A DNA stretch of 64,000 nt. Source: Malacoraja senta. Taxonomy: Eukaryota. The DNA lies in assembly GCA_038087875.1 (NCBI GenBank), contig CM075993.1:3226001-3290000 (forward strand), in the 5' to 3' direction. Positions 13,384 to 26,525 of this stretch are shown one piece after another (the first letter of the stretch is position 1; every line of letters begins with the position of its first letter). Below the pieces are notes generated by a model. It did not search any database. It saw only the letters and a program-made list of their open reading frames with translations, and had not been told where the DNA came from. The position numbers and the translations under genes are program-made.

Positions 13384-14255
13384 TTTAAGTCCGTTCACAC
13401 TAGATCCCACTTTCTCATCCACTCCCTACCCACTGGCGGCCAATCAACCTACAAACCGGCACGTCTTTGGGGTGTGGGAGGGAACCAGAGCACCCGGAGA
13501 AACCCACATGGTCACAGTGAGAATGTACAAACTCTGCATTGACAGCACCTGTAGTCGGGATCGAACCTGGATCCCTGGTGCTGTGAGGCAGCAGCTCTAC
13601 CGGTGGGCCACACCGTTTGCGTAAGTTTAGATACTTAAATCGGGTGGTTACTTTAGCTTAGACAAAAATGCTGGAGAAACTCAGCGGGTGTGGCAGCATC
13701 TATGGAGCGAAGGAAATAGGCAACGTTTCGGCACGAAACGTTGCCTATTTCCTTCGCTCCATAGATGCTGCCTCACCTGCTGAGTATCTCCAGCATTTTT
13801 GTCTACCTTCAATTTTCCAGCATCTGCAGTTCCTTCTTAAACGGCTACTTTAGTTTATTCAGTTTAGTTTAGAGATACAGCGCAGAAACGGGCCCGCACT
13901 GACCAGCGCGGTGGCAACTTCTATCGTGATAACACTGTAATGGCCAAAGCTCACAACCCAAGCCTCTGCCCTATTTATCACATATCACTGCGAGCTAATT
14001 TTAAACAAGTATTTAAGTTATTAGCTCACATGTGAAAATAGCGCATAGGAATGTGGCATGTGTTTTAAACATTGGATGGAGGGCTTGAAACTTAATATTG
14101 CCTCACAGCTACAGGGACGGGCTCGATCCTGACCTGGGGGGGCTGTCTGCGTGGAGTTTGCACGTTCTCCCTGCGACTGCGCGTCTTTCCTCCAGTTTCC
14201 TCCCACATCCCAAGGACGTGCGGGTTTGTAGGTTAATTGGCCTCTGTAAATTGCC

Positions 14256-14560
14256 CCATATAACCATATAACAATTACAGCACGGAAACAGGCCATCTCG
14301 GCCCTTCTAGTCCTTGCCGAACACTTACTCTCACCTAGTCCCATCTACCTGCACTCAGACCTTAACCCTCCATTCCTTTCCCGTCCATATACCTATCCAA
14401 TTTATTTTTAAATGATAAAATCCTAACCTGCCTCCACCACTTCCACTGGAAGCTCATTCCACACAGCTACCACTCTCTGAGTAAAGAAGTTCCCCCTCGT
14501 GTTACCCCTAAACTTTTGTCCCTTAATTCTCAAATCATGTCCTCTTGTTTGAATCTTCCC
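14256..14560 (-). mobile_element. CR1 LINE 3' fragment nested in a SINE
   Basis: Reverse-complement CR1 3' end with (ATATGGTT)n tail, interrupting a SINE spanning ~14100-14685. Confidence 0.65.
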
Positions 14561-17072
14561 CGAGAGTGTAGCGACAGGATGAAAAATTTGGATAGCATAG
14601 AACTAGTGCGAACGGGTGATTGATGGTCAGTGTGGACTTGGTGGGCCGAAGGGCCTGCTCCCACGCTGTATCTCTGAACTAAACAAAATGCCTTTACCCC
14701 AGTGGGAACAGATGGTTCCGTTGTTAGTCTGTATCTTTCATTTCCCGGCTCTGTCTGAAGAAGGGTCTCGGCCCGAAAAACATCACCTATTCCTTTTCTC
14801 CAGAGATGCTGCCTGACCCGCTGGGTTCCTCCAGTATTTTGTGTCCATCTATAATACAGCACAGGAGGAGACCCTGCAGCCCATGATAAATTGGAAGCGT
14901 TTATTTGACTGTAAAATCTTACCTTGATTAGTTGGTTGCCTTTGAATTAGAAAGAAGCCTCCCTGCTTCAAACAGTTTAACTTGGCGTTTCCAATAAAGA
15001 ATGGTTATACATTCATTCTGCTGCCATCTGGTGGGCACATTTGTAAAAAAACAGCCTTTCATAAATTTGGAGAGAATGAGGAGCAGGGAATGGGGGTGGG
15101 AGTTGGATGTGGTGAGTTGAACAGCAGTTTTCGAGCAAGATCATATGTGATAGGAGCAGAATTAGGCCATTCGGCCCATCAAGTCTATTCCGCCATTCAA
15201 TCATGGCTGATCTATCTCTCCCTCTCAACCCCATTCTCCTGCCTTCTCCCCATATACCCTGAACTAATCAAGAATCTACCCATCTCTGCCTTAAAGGTAG
15301 TTCACCTTCAGCTTAAAGGTGTTCAGCGAAACGATCGCCCAGTCTACTTTTTGATGAGATCCTAATCTCTGGAATTCCCTCCTCAAACCGTTCCATCTCT
15401 ACTGATCAGCACAGACCCTTCATCAGTCTGAAGAAGGGTCTCGACCTGAAACGTCGCCTATTCCTTCTCTCCATAGATGCTGCCTCACCCGCTGAGTTTC
15501 TCCAGCATTTTTGTCTACCTTTGATTTTTCCAGCATCTGCAGTTCTTTCTTAAACTTTTATATGGAGCGTTACTGTAATGAAGACAGAACAGGATGAAGT
15601 CCTTCAAAGCATTCTTTATTTAACTCTGCCATACCAATAACATACAAAAAATAAATGCAATTTAATAAAATGTAGTTAAGTCTATGTATTGCACAGACAC
15701 AATATTTAGTCCTTTATGCTTTGCAAGCATTTGCCTGTACGGTGAAACTTCAAATGTTTCAGAAACCATTTAGCAGAGTGCATTTTTGCAATTCATTCGA
15801 GCTTCCACAGAACACAACACACAGTTATCACATTCAATGTTCTTAAATATATCCACATCAATGTTCACAGAAATATCTGGTTGAACTAGTCTAGAGATTT
15901 TAAACTTCTATGTATACAAAATCTTGCTTGGACAATCTTGCAGGGTCTTTGACCCTGACTGCTTCTTCAAAGGGCAACATGGGAATGAAAAGTTTAAGAA
16001 GGAACTGCAGATGCTGGAAAATCGAAGGTGGACAAAAATGCTGGAGAAACTCAGCGGGTGAGGCAGCATCTATGGAGCGAAGGAAATAGGCTGCCACAGG
16101 TCTCGACCCGAAACGTCGCCTATTTCCTTCGCTCCATGGATGCTGCCTCACCCGCTGAGTTTCTCCAGCATTTTTGTCTACCTGGGAATGAAAAGAGACA
16201 CTTTTCTGCTGGAGTAACTCAGCGGGTCGGGCAGCATCTCTGGGGAACATGGATAGGCGACATTTTAGGTCGGAACCCTTCTTCAGACCCATCCCAAAAT
16301 GTCGCCTGTCCATGTCCTCTAGAGATACCTTCTGACCCGTTGAGTTACTCCAGCTCTATTTTTTTAAATGTAAACTAGCATCTGCAGTTCCTCATGTCTA
16401 CAAGATCATGAGAATGCCTTTTTATCTTAAGACTATCTTAGCAATCGCTCGCATTGCAGTAGATGTCAGCATTGCAAATTATGAACCGGCCTCATTTCCA
16501 AAAACTAATCCATCAAAATGCATGTTCCTCTTACTCCCATCTCTCTCCCCCTAAAAAAATGCCTTCAGTTAGTTTGGAACGGGCTGTGACCTTGAGCAAG
16601 GTCCACCACACAGCATTGGCAGCAATGAACCGATGATCAGGGACAACACTAGTCTAATTGAAGGCATCCTTTCAACCTCAAGATGACAAGCATATTTACC
16701 CAACTGGAAACTGGCACCAGTTCTAATCTCTCGATCACTCCTCTTCTCGTTAACTCACCTCCCATCTTTCTCAGGAAAAGTATCCCAAAATCACGACAGC
16801 ACCATATTTTAGTGTGTCAAGCACTCTGAACTTAACGGCGTGAACAGACTGCTGGTATAATCAGAGCGCTACACATCTTGACCTTGCATTCTCCACTAGA
16901 TGTGGTACAAATGCCACTGATACCAAGTGCTAAATAATCCAGCCGCTAAAAGCAACTGTGTATGAAGTGCAACACTGTTCTGTGCAAACAGTTCAGTCAA
17001 CCTGTGCAAAAAGCAAATGCTCAAAGCTTGGGTAACACATCTGCCGAACCGTAACGCATTTTTAATGGGTTA

Positions 17073-17402
17073 TAGCCCTGTCCCACGGTACGAGTTCATT
17101 CCAAGAGCTCTCCCGAGTTTCAAAAAAATCAAACTCGTGGTAAGCACGGAGAATGAACGTAGCGGGTACGTCGGAGCTCGGGGACGTCTCTGAGCGGCTC
17201 GTAACGCTAAGGGCAGGTACTCGGGAAGACTCGCTAACGGCAGGTAAGCACGGGAAGACTCGTGAAGATTTTTCAACATGTTGAAAAATGTCCACGAGAG
17301 CCCCGAGTACAGACGAGTGGCCATTACCGTAAATCTCCGTGTTCGAATCAGGGCAAACTCGGGAGAGCTCTTGGAATGAACTCGTACCGTGGGACCGGGC
17401 TA
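17073..17402. mobile_element. PIF/Harbinger-like MITE, subfamily B
   Basis: ~48-bp TIR TAGCCCTGTCCCACGGTACGAGTTCATTCCAAGAGCTCTCCCGAGTTT; TTA on both sides (17070-72, 17403-05). Confidence 0.85.
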
Positions 17403-17976
17403 TTAGGGTGCGAGACGCTTAGAGATTTCCACATTCACTGCCCGAGCGGAATTGCAGCACGGGATCATACAGGCAAGTTCCAAAGGACGAGTTGATTGAC
17501 AAAATAACTGCACTACATCCAGGGAAATGTCCGCATTTGTAAATAGGGATTCATTGTCTATACATATTGGTCACCTCTCCTCAACTAACATCACGATCTT
17601 TTCACGATTCGCATAAATCGCGTTCTATAAGTACATTCAATGATTCAGCAGAGTAAACCGCATTTCAGCTTGCAGTATTCTCTGTAATAAGTGGAAGCAC
17701 AACAGCTATGAGCAAAATAAAGATTCTCCTGTCATTAAATATCGATGAACAACACAAACATGGCTTTTGGCCCTCAGCTTTTTTTTTACTTGACCTAAAA
17801 GAGGGAGATAAAACTAGGAGCCAGAGTCAAGCTCTGCGACCCATCGTATACTGGTTGCCACAATGACTCACTCCTTATGCACACACAGCAAGGCAGAAAA
17901 CACAATACAGGACTTCCAATACCACTCACTGCTGATTCGCTGCCACTGCAGCGCTTTGATGAAAGGAGAAGCGGAA

Positions 17977-18272
17977 TTTAGTTTAGTTTAGAGATAGTGC
18001 GGAAACAGGACCATCGGTCCACAACGACCAGCGATCCCCGCACATCAACACTGTCCTACACACAATAGGGACAATTTACAATTATACCAAGCCAATTAAC
18101 CTACAAACCTGTACGTCTTTGGAGCGTGGGAGGAAACCGGAGCACCCGGGAAAACCCACGCGGTCACGGGGAGAACGTACAAACTCCACACAGACAGCAC
18201 CCGTAGTCAGGATTGAACCCGGGTCTCCGGCGCTGTGAGGCAGCAACTCTACCGCTGCGCCACCATGATGCC
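17977..18272 (-). mobile_element. tRNA-derived V-SINE (HE1-like)
   Basis: Full-length reverse complement with (CTAAA)n tail. Confidence 0.85.
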
Positions 18273-21200
18273 AAGATACACAAAAGGTGTTTTTCGGTGC
18301 TGGTGTTAGCAAAATAAAATGTTGGTGATGGAAAAGTCAAACAAAAATAAACTTCATACAGACGTGTTTGGAAGTGTCAGGAATTTTCAGCGACATTGGG
18401 AATTTCTCACTGATAATGTTCGATGGGTTGTCTACTCCATCTACACTTCTGCCTCAACCCATCACAAGGGAGGAGCAGGGAAAGCTCCCTTCAACATTCA
18501 GCAGCTCCCAGAGCCGCCAGTTCTCAGTTACCGAAGAAAGACACAAAAAGCTGGAGTACCTCAGCAGGTCAGGCACATGGAGTAGGTGACGTTTCGGGTC
18601 GAGACCCTTCTTCAGACCCGACCCGAAACGTCACCTATTCCTTCTCTCCAGAGATGCTGCCTGACCCGCTGAGTTGCTCCAGCATTTTGTGTCTATCTTC
18701 GGTGTAAACCAGCATCTGCAGTTCCTTCTTACAGATTAAGCATTCAGTTAACACGCATCTGAATTCATCAGTCAATGTTCCAGTCGAGGTAGCAGTTAGA
18801 ACTAAGTGTCAAAACTGGAATGAATCAATTAACCATGCATTTAAAACAAAGCTCATACTCCAATTCCAATATTTCAGACTTATTTCTATATTAGACATGG
18901 TTTTGAGAAAAATCATATGAAAGAATTGCAGATGCTGGTTTCAGCCGAAGATAGAAACAAAATGCTGGGGTAACTCAGCGGGACAGGCAGCATCTCTGTA
19001 TTGAAGGGATGGGCGACATTTCGGGTCGAGACCCTTCTTCAGACTGAAGAGCGTCACCCATTCCTTCTATCCAGAGATGCCATGCCGCCTGTCCCGCTGT
19101 TACTCCAGTATTTTGTGTCTATCTTTTTTGAGAAAATTCTCCAGTCCAAATTCTCCAATCAAGAAAATTCCAGACGAGGCAGTTCTCTGCGAGTTAACGA
19201 TTCTGCAGCATAATTTACAGCGCAGGAATCACTTTACTCGCTGTATGTACTCTTCCCAATATAGATCGAAACATCTGAACTGTGCAAAGATGAGGGCTAA
19301 GCAATTCTTCAGAGGGCTATTTGATGAAGTCATTAACCTGCTCATTTTAAAAACTTCCTATCAAAACGGGCCACAAATGATCGCACATAAACGCATCAGT
19401 TATTCAGACCGTAGTGTCCACCGTAAACTCGCAGAGTAATTAGTGACTGTGAGATGCTCGATGATTTTACCACCCTACCAACCTCTCCCCCCCCCCCAAC
19501 CTCACAGTTTAAACAGACTCAATAGTAAAACGATAATTAACAGGATGCCAAGATGTCTCGCCCACACTGTGCAAGAAGACAGAATTTTGGTGATATATTT
19601 ATATGTAAAGTCATTGGAAGTTTAAAAAAAAGTTAGTGTTTCAACTGAGTTTAGTTTAGAGAGAATCAGTGTAGAAACAGGTCCTTCGGGTCGATATCCT
19701 ACACACTAGGGGCAATTTACAGAATCAAAAGACAAGCAGTATTGTTGCACTGTGTTGTTGATATGAAGATTACTGTGCAGACTATTAGAGGTGAGAACCA
19801 GCCCAAGTTTAGCTCAGGAGCACTTACAAAAGTCAGTGTAAACATTTGAATCAAGCATCTGTTGTGATGAGGATCAGTGCATCAGGTAGCACTTGCTTCA
19901 AACTAAGCAAACCAAATATCCACATGCTCAAAATTAACTAATTTAGAAGAAGGGTTTCGGCCCGAAACGTTGCCTATTTCCTTCGCTCCATGGATGCTGC
20001 TGCACCCGGTGAGTTTCTCCAGCACTTTTGTCTACCTCAAAATACCCTTGTAGGTTCATTTAAGTGGCGACATGTTGTAAAAGCTGATGAGCTCCCAACT
20101 ACCCCACTCGTTGCAACTGACACTGTGGTACCGAAACATAAAGGGACCTCATTCCGAATCTGTTAAATATGCATTTTCTTTGTGACATAATAGACTAAAC
20201 GAAGACTAAAGGAGGAAGAGAAGCAAGTGGTTTCTGAATGTGTATTAAAACTGAGCCCCTCGCAAAATCTGATTCGCAACATCTTGAATGGCAAAGAGAT
20301 CCATTATTTCTTTGGAGGCAAAATTAGTCTCAGCTACCAAATTTCTTAAAATGTGTGCATAGGGATTTCTTTGAAGTTGCTACTTAGGTTTCCCCTTCAG
20401 TCGCAGGTAGCAACAAGTTGATAGTGTTAATATTTGTAGAAGCTGATGACGATTTTTAGATTCCTGCGTACTGGTGCCCCATTGTGTTTTTGTGTTAGTC
20501 CAAGTCATTGGCAAGGGAATTTAGTTGGAACGTTTCATTACAAACATCCATGAATATCGAAGGTAGACAAAAATGCTGGAGAAACTCAGCGGGTGCAGCA
20601 GCATCTATGGAGCGAAGGAAATAGGCAACATTTCGGCCCGAAACCCTTCCGGGTTTCGTCCCGAAACGTTGCCTATTTCCTTCAGGGTTTCGGCCCGAAA
20701 CGTTGTCTATTTCCTTCGCTCCATAGATGCTGCTGCACCCGCTGAGTTTCTCCAGCAGGTACATAAAAATGCTGGAGAAACTCAGTGGGTGCAGCAGCAT
20801 CTATGGAGCGAAGGAAATAGGCAACGTTTCGGGCCGAAACCCTTCTTCAGACTGATGAATATCTATTCAATTCATTGCACGAACGCAAGTGCAGTCATAC
20901 TCTCAGAAACTTTGCATCTGAAGGAACTGCAGATGCTGGTTTAAACCGAAGATAGACACAAAATGCCGGCGTAACTCAGCGGGACGGGCAGCATCACTGG
21001 AGAGAGGGAATGGGTGACGTTTCGGGTCTCGACCCTTCTTCAGAACTCTCTGAAGATGGTCCACGACCTAAAACGTCACCCATTCCCTCTCTCCAGAGAT
21101 GCTGCCTGTCCCGCTGAGTTACTCCGGCATTTTGTGTCTATTCTCAGAACCTTTACTTTGTGCGGCAATTTTATTACAATGGCACATGATGCGTGGTTCC

Positions 21201-22600
21201 CCAAAACTGCTCACACCCAGCATGGAAATCAGACACCTCGGTTTCTGGACAATACACAACTGTCCAGTCCATTACAGTGCTGCCTGATGCTAGATTTCAC
21301 TCGTTTCCGATTCATCTTGTCGCCTGACCTAGTGCAAGAAGTTAAGTTGCCACCCAGCCAGCACCCCGCAAACAAGGCGAGCGTGGACGCGCAATTCTGG
21401 GCTGGAATTTTGAGCGCGCACACAATTTTTTAACCAAGGTTTACTCAGTTTGAAGACATCACATACATTGAGAACAAAATAGTTTGGTTTAGAGATACAA
21501 CCCCGGCAGCGAGTGTCTTTGAAAACTCGCGACGCCATCATTCCTCAGTAGAAACCTCTCACTGTCAGAAGACACCTTCAAGATAACACCTTTACAATCT
21601 GGAACTTATTGAGTTGGGGGCTGTGGACATACTCTTCCACTGTGCAAATAATTATAAAGAACCCACTTACAGGGTCTCCAAGAAGACAGTTTAAACATTA
21701 TGTTATAGACATTATTATGGATACTACATTTGGTACCAGAGTCATTCTTATTTCTGGTCATTCTTGTGTACGCTCCTCCGACAATGTCCAAAAGCTGATT
21801 CGTACAAGTTATATCCTTAGAGTGCCAATAATGAATGTCGAGTGAGTAAATGCAAACACAGATTTAAGCTGCTTGCATTTAGAGTTCAATATAGCACTCC
21901 TATTACTGCCCATAGGCCATAAATAGTCAAAGGTTTGGAGTTAGTTTTCATTTCCCACCAAACTCCCATCTTGTTCGGGTAATTCTTGCGTCGAGGTTTC
22001 GCCTGATGACAACCAGGAGTTCAGTCTTCACAATCCTCCATTGTCACGTCTCCCACTAAATTTGGTCCTTGCGTACAGGATGAAACAGTGCGATCCATAA
22101 ATGTGCCAACAGTCTGTACAAAATCTTTTTTTTTTTTTTGCCCAGTAAGAGCTGCCGTGTGCAGAATGCGATCGGTGAACATCTTGGGTTAATGCACAGA
22201 CATGCACCCTGTGACACCACAAAATCAATCACTTACCCCAATATTTTAGATCTGTTTCTAATAATATCTTTCAGTTTGAACCAGTGACCGACTCCAGCAA
22301 TGCTGCATCATCAGCGTTCAAATGGCAGCATATCCTGGAGAAATGTATTTGCACACATCTGGATACTCAAACAGACAAGAACTGACCACATAGATTAATG
22401 GGACATGGGTGATACCCAGGTGATAAAGGGTGAGCAATTACATTCCACACATCAGGTTGTTAAAATTGGACTCGTATATGCAAATATACTTTCCCTGTTC
22501 AAAATATATTGATATTCACACAGTCAGGTCTGCAGTGCTGTAGAAAACACAATCGCCCAAAATTAGCTTCTCCTCCGAGATGGTGCGGGAGGGGCTGTCA

Positions 22601-22758
22601 TTACTGCACAGTACAAGAGCTTTCCGCCTGGCAACAGGCACAGACTGTAGAGGTAAGAGGCTTGGGGGAATCAGGTCAAGATCTTCGTCGTCTGGGATTT
22701 CGTCCAGGTGATAGCCGTCTTTCAGGAGCTGACGGTTCAGGTCCTGATTCACTTGCTG
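22601..22758 (-). CDS. FAM219B: FAM219B exon 6 coding part (QQVNQDLNRQLLKDGYHLDEIPDDEDLDLIPP[K]PLTSTVCACCQAESSCTVQ*), one base missing at 22664-22668
   Basis: Invariant FAM219 core LDEIPDDEDLDLIPP; adding one C restores the Cys-rich tail and the CaaX-like CTVQ with stop TAA at 22603-22601. Confidence 0.93.
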
Positions 22759-23954
22759 CTGAAAGAAAAAGGGGCGCCTTTTTTTCTCCCCCCTGCCAAG
22801 CAAGACAATCCCACGCCCAACTGCACAGCACTCCTCTTATTATTTGGCACCCACCAAGTAATAAGCCAGAGATAGGCACACAAAGTGCTGGAGCAACTCA
22901 GCGGGTCGGGCAGCGTCTCTGGAGAACATGGATAGGAGACGTTCTGGTCGGGACCCCCTTCTTCGAAAAGCAGTCGTCTCCAGTGATGCTGCCTGAGCCG
23001 GTGAGTTACTCCAGCACTTTGTGTCGATCATTGGTACAAACCAGCATCTGCAGTTCCTTCTTATTACATTATTAAACGGTTAGCCAGATGGGAATCTGAA
23101 GGGCCAACAAGCCAATTACGGAACAAATAGAAGAGAGACACAAAAAGCTGGAGTCGCTCAGCGGGACAGGCAGCATCTCTGGAGAGAAGGAATGGTTGAC
23201 GTTTCGGGCTGAGACCCTAAACGTCACCTATTCCTTCTGAGCGACTTCAGCTTTTTGTGTCCATCTTCGGTTTAAACCAGCATCTGCCTCTCTTTCCTAA
23301 ATATAACAAATAGACTGAAGGAGCCACCAAGTGTTTTAATTCCACATAGAAAATTCTAATTTGTCTCCTTGTCAGTCTAATTTGTGTCCATGATTAGAAC
23401 CTAACGAAGCCCACTCTGCAGCCCTGCAAGAGATCGGATGGGCCAAATGGCCTTCTGTGCAGCAAGCAAGCATCAAAATACACAAAGGACAAGCGATACA
23501 CATACAAGCCAGGCAACTGAAGCATTCCAATTTTGCTACATGCGGAAACAGGGTTGGTATCTTTACTCACTGGTCCCTCAATATGTAACCACCAATGCCC
23601 AAGGTCTGAAACTTTCATTGAAGTCGTTTCACCCAAAAACCTTTGTGCCGACATTTTACTTTCTTGACACAGGATCTGGTTATTGTGGAACTCTTCGAAG
23701 GATGCAATTACTCACTGTCTTCAAACATTAAGTCCCAGCCCTGTACTCCAGAGGGTATAATATCTTTCATGGCATTTCCGGTGGAGAAAGATTGGGCTCA
23801 GAACCAAGGGCGATATGATGATCAGCTCTTTAGGCCAACGTCACCATGTCTTGCGCAGGAAGGGACCGCAGGTGCTGATTTAAACCGAAGATGGACACAA
23901 AATGCTGGAGTAACTCAGCGGGACGGGCAGCATCTCTGGAGAGAAGGAATGGGT

Positions 23955-23982
23955 GACGTTTCGGGTCGAGACCCTTCTTCAG
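23955..23982 (-). ncRNA. Minimal hammerhead-like motif, sense to FAM219B intron 5
   Basis: Reverse complement GACGTTTCGGGTCGAGACCCTTCTTCAG. Confidence 0.5.
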
Positions 23983-24222
23983 ATCCTTCGTCAAAATATC
24001 TGAACAACTGCAATATCTGAAGTGGTTGAGAACAGGGTTTGGAAAACACAAAAAGTCCCTTCTGAAAACCTGTAAAACATGTGACCACCAGTGGGGAGTG
24101 GATCTCACTATGAATGTCCACTTTAGAACTGAGGCAAAGTACAGAAGCCAAAGGAATGGCTTCATAGATCAAGGATATATGGGAAAAGACTGAGAATTTC
24201 TATTTACACCTATTTATACAAG

Positions 24223-24521
24223 AGCGGCACGGTGGCGCAGCGGTAGAGTTGCTGCCTTGCAGCGCCAGAGACCTGGGTCCGATCCTGCTACTGGTGCTGT
24301 CTGTACGGAGTTTGGACGTTCTTCTCGTGACCTGCGGGGGTTTTCTCCGGTTTCCTCCCACACTCCAAAGACGCATCGTTTTTTAGGTTAATTGGCTTCA
24401 GTAAAAATTGCAAATTGTCCCTAGTGTGTGTAGATATGTTTAGTGTGCGGGGATCACTGGTCGGTGCGGACTCGGTGGGCCGAAGGGCCTGTTTCCGCGC
24501 TGAATCTTTAAACTAAACTAA
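24223..24521 (+). mobile_element. tRNA-derived V-SINE (HE1-like)
   Basis: GGCACGGTGGCGCAGCGGTAGAGTTGCTGCC head to (CTAAA)n tail. Confidence 0.88.
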
Positions 24522-24716
24522 GCCTAATTTGATCAAAAACAACAAATTCGCCAAACAAAGAGAAAGTATGATTCATGCTTAGCAAAACAAGGGAGACACC
24601 ACAACCACACTGGCTGAAAGAACAGTAGCAGAATGAATACAAAATGCTGGAGTAACTCAGCGGGACAGGCAGCATCTCTGGAGAGAAGGAATGGGTGACG
24701 TTTCGGATCGAGACAT

Positions 24717-24744
24717 CTGAAGAAGGGTCTCGACCCGAAACGTC
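24717..24744 (+). ncRNA. Minimal hammerhead-like motif (representative copy)
   Basis: CTGAAGA-A-GGGT(CTCG)ACCC-GAAAC-GTC. Confidence 0.55.
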
Positions 24745-25222
24745 ACCCATTCCTTCTCGCCAGAGATGCTGCCTGTCCCGCTGAGTTACTCTAGCTTGTT
24801 GTGTCCATCTTCGGTTTAAACCAGCATCTGCAGTTCCTTCCAACACAGTAGCAGAATTAACCAATGCTTTCATAGAGAAGCAGGGATGAAGGGGAACAAA
24901 CTGCAGGGTTGCAGATGGCAAGAGCAGGGAAACAAAAAGCTCAGATAGACGCAAAATGCTGGAGTAACTCAGCAGGACAGGCAGCATCTCTGGAGAGAAG
25001 GAATGGGTGCCGTTTCAGACTGAAGAAGGGACTCAACCCGAAATATCACCCATTCCTTCTCTCCAGAGCTCCTGAGTTGCTCCAGCTTTTTGTGTTTATC
25101 GTCGATTTAAACCAGCATCTGCAGTTCTTTCCTGAACAAAACGCTCACAGGTCCATTGGCCAAATAATGGCTTCTTTCAATGAGACATTGATTTTATGAT
25201 GCTTCTGCTTCATTCAGCTCAC

Positions 25223-25277
25223 CTCTGCAGAAGAATAGCCTGATGATGAATAATACTTGGATTCAAACTCGCCCTCA
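25223..25277 (-). CDS. FAM219B: FAM219B exon 5 (EGEFESKYYSSSGYSSAE)
   Basis: FAM219 motif SSGYSSAE; ttttccag / gtgagc; 55 nt, phase 2 to 0. Confidence 0.93.
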
Positions 25278-26120
25278 CTGGAAAATAACACAAAGAAACC
25301 AGTTTGTGATGCATGCGATTAAACCACAAGAAGAAATATTTCACAGAAACTTACTCTATATATAACTTCCCATAACATAAAATTTTAAACAGCAAAAGAT
25401 GGAACTTGCAAACATCAATTTCTCTGTGTTGGTTCATAAATAATAGGGGCAGAATTAGGCCATTCAACCCATCAATTCTACTCCACCATTCAATCATGGC
25501 TGATCTAACTCTCCCTCCTAGCACCGTTCTCCTGCCTTCACCCCATAACCCCTGACACCCGTACTAATCAAGACTTCTGCTGTAGAAATATCCATTGACC
25601 TGGCCTCCACAGCCTTCTGTGGCAACTAATTCCACAGATTCGCCACCCTCCGACTAAAGAAATTCCTCATCTCCTTCCTAAACACAATATACTGGAGGAA
25701 CTCAGCGGGTCAAGCAGCATCTCTGGAGAAAATATTTGGGTGATGTTTCGGGTCAGGATGCTTCCTCGAGCACGAGAGGAGTGATGGGAAGCCCACTGAT
25801 ACCAGCTTGATGCTGCTACTCTGTTCAAACTATTAGTGGACTTAAACAAGCAGAGGTGAAAGCGTTTTCATTGTGAAGGCTTTCAAAACCAACGTGAACC
25901 ATCATCGATAGAACAGTAGTCACTTAAACAATCATGTCTTCGTGAGACAGCAGAGGTGAAAGTCAGTGCCAAGATGCAAGACACTACTTTGGTACATATC
26001 TTTTCCATGCCTCGAGTTTGGAATCACAACTAACCCGTTTACAAACTCAATGACTATGTGCCACTCCACCACCAAATTCTAAATTACTGCTTCATCTATC
26101 CAACCTTTCCCTATTGTCTG

Positions 26121-26424
26121 CGGCACGGTGGCGCAGCGGTAGAGTTGCTGCCTCACAGCGCCAGAGACCCGGCTTCCATCCTGACTACGGGTGCTGTCTG
26201 TACGGAGTTTGTACATTCTCCCCGTGACCTGCGTGGGTTTTCTCTGGGTGCTCCAGTTTCCTCCCACACTCCAAAGACCTACAGGTGCGTAGGTTAATTG
26301 ACTTTAGCAAAATTGTAAATTGTCCCTAGTGCGTGTAGGTAGCGTTATTGTGCGGGGATCGCCGGTCGGCGCAGAATCGGTGGGTCAAAGGGCATGTTTC
26401 CTCGCTGTATCTCCAAACTAAACT
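26121..26424 (+). mobile_element. tRNA-derived V-SINE (HE1-like)
   Basis: Same consensus, full length. Confidence 0.88.
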
Positions 26425-26525
26425 ACTTTATTCTCAATGTACATAATAGCTTCAAATTGAGTCAATCTTGATAAAATATTGCGTGCAATCTTAAAATCCA
26501 TCCATGATTAGGTGTTAACCCTCAC

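Noticed and set aside
13668..13853. Recurrent small ORFs (MLEKLSGC.., KCWSNSAGQAASLERRNG.., PETSPIPSLQRCC..)
   Set aside because: Translations of the non-coding PLE-derived repeat in various frames
24223..24300. tRNA gene
   Set aside because: The tRNA-like head continues into a SINE body and CR1-like tail; many diverged copies; no complete cloverleaf
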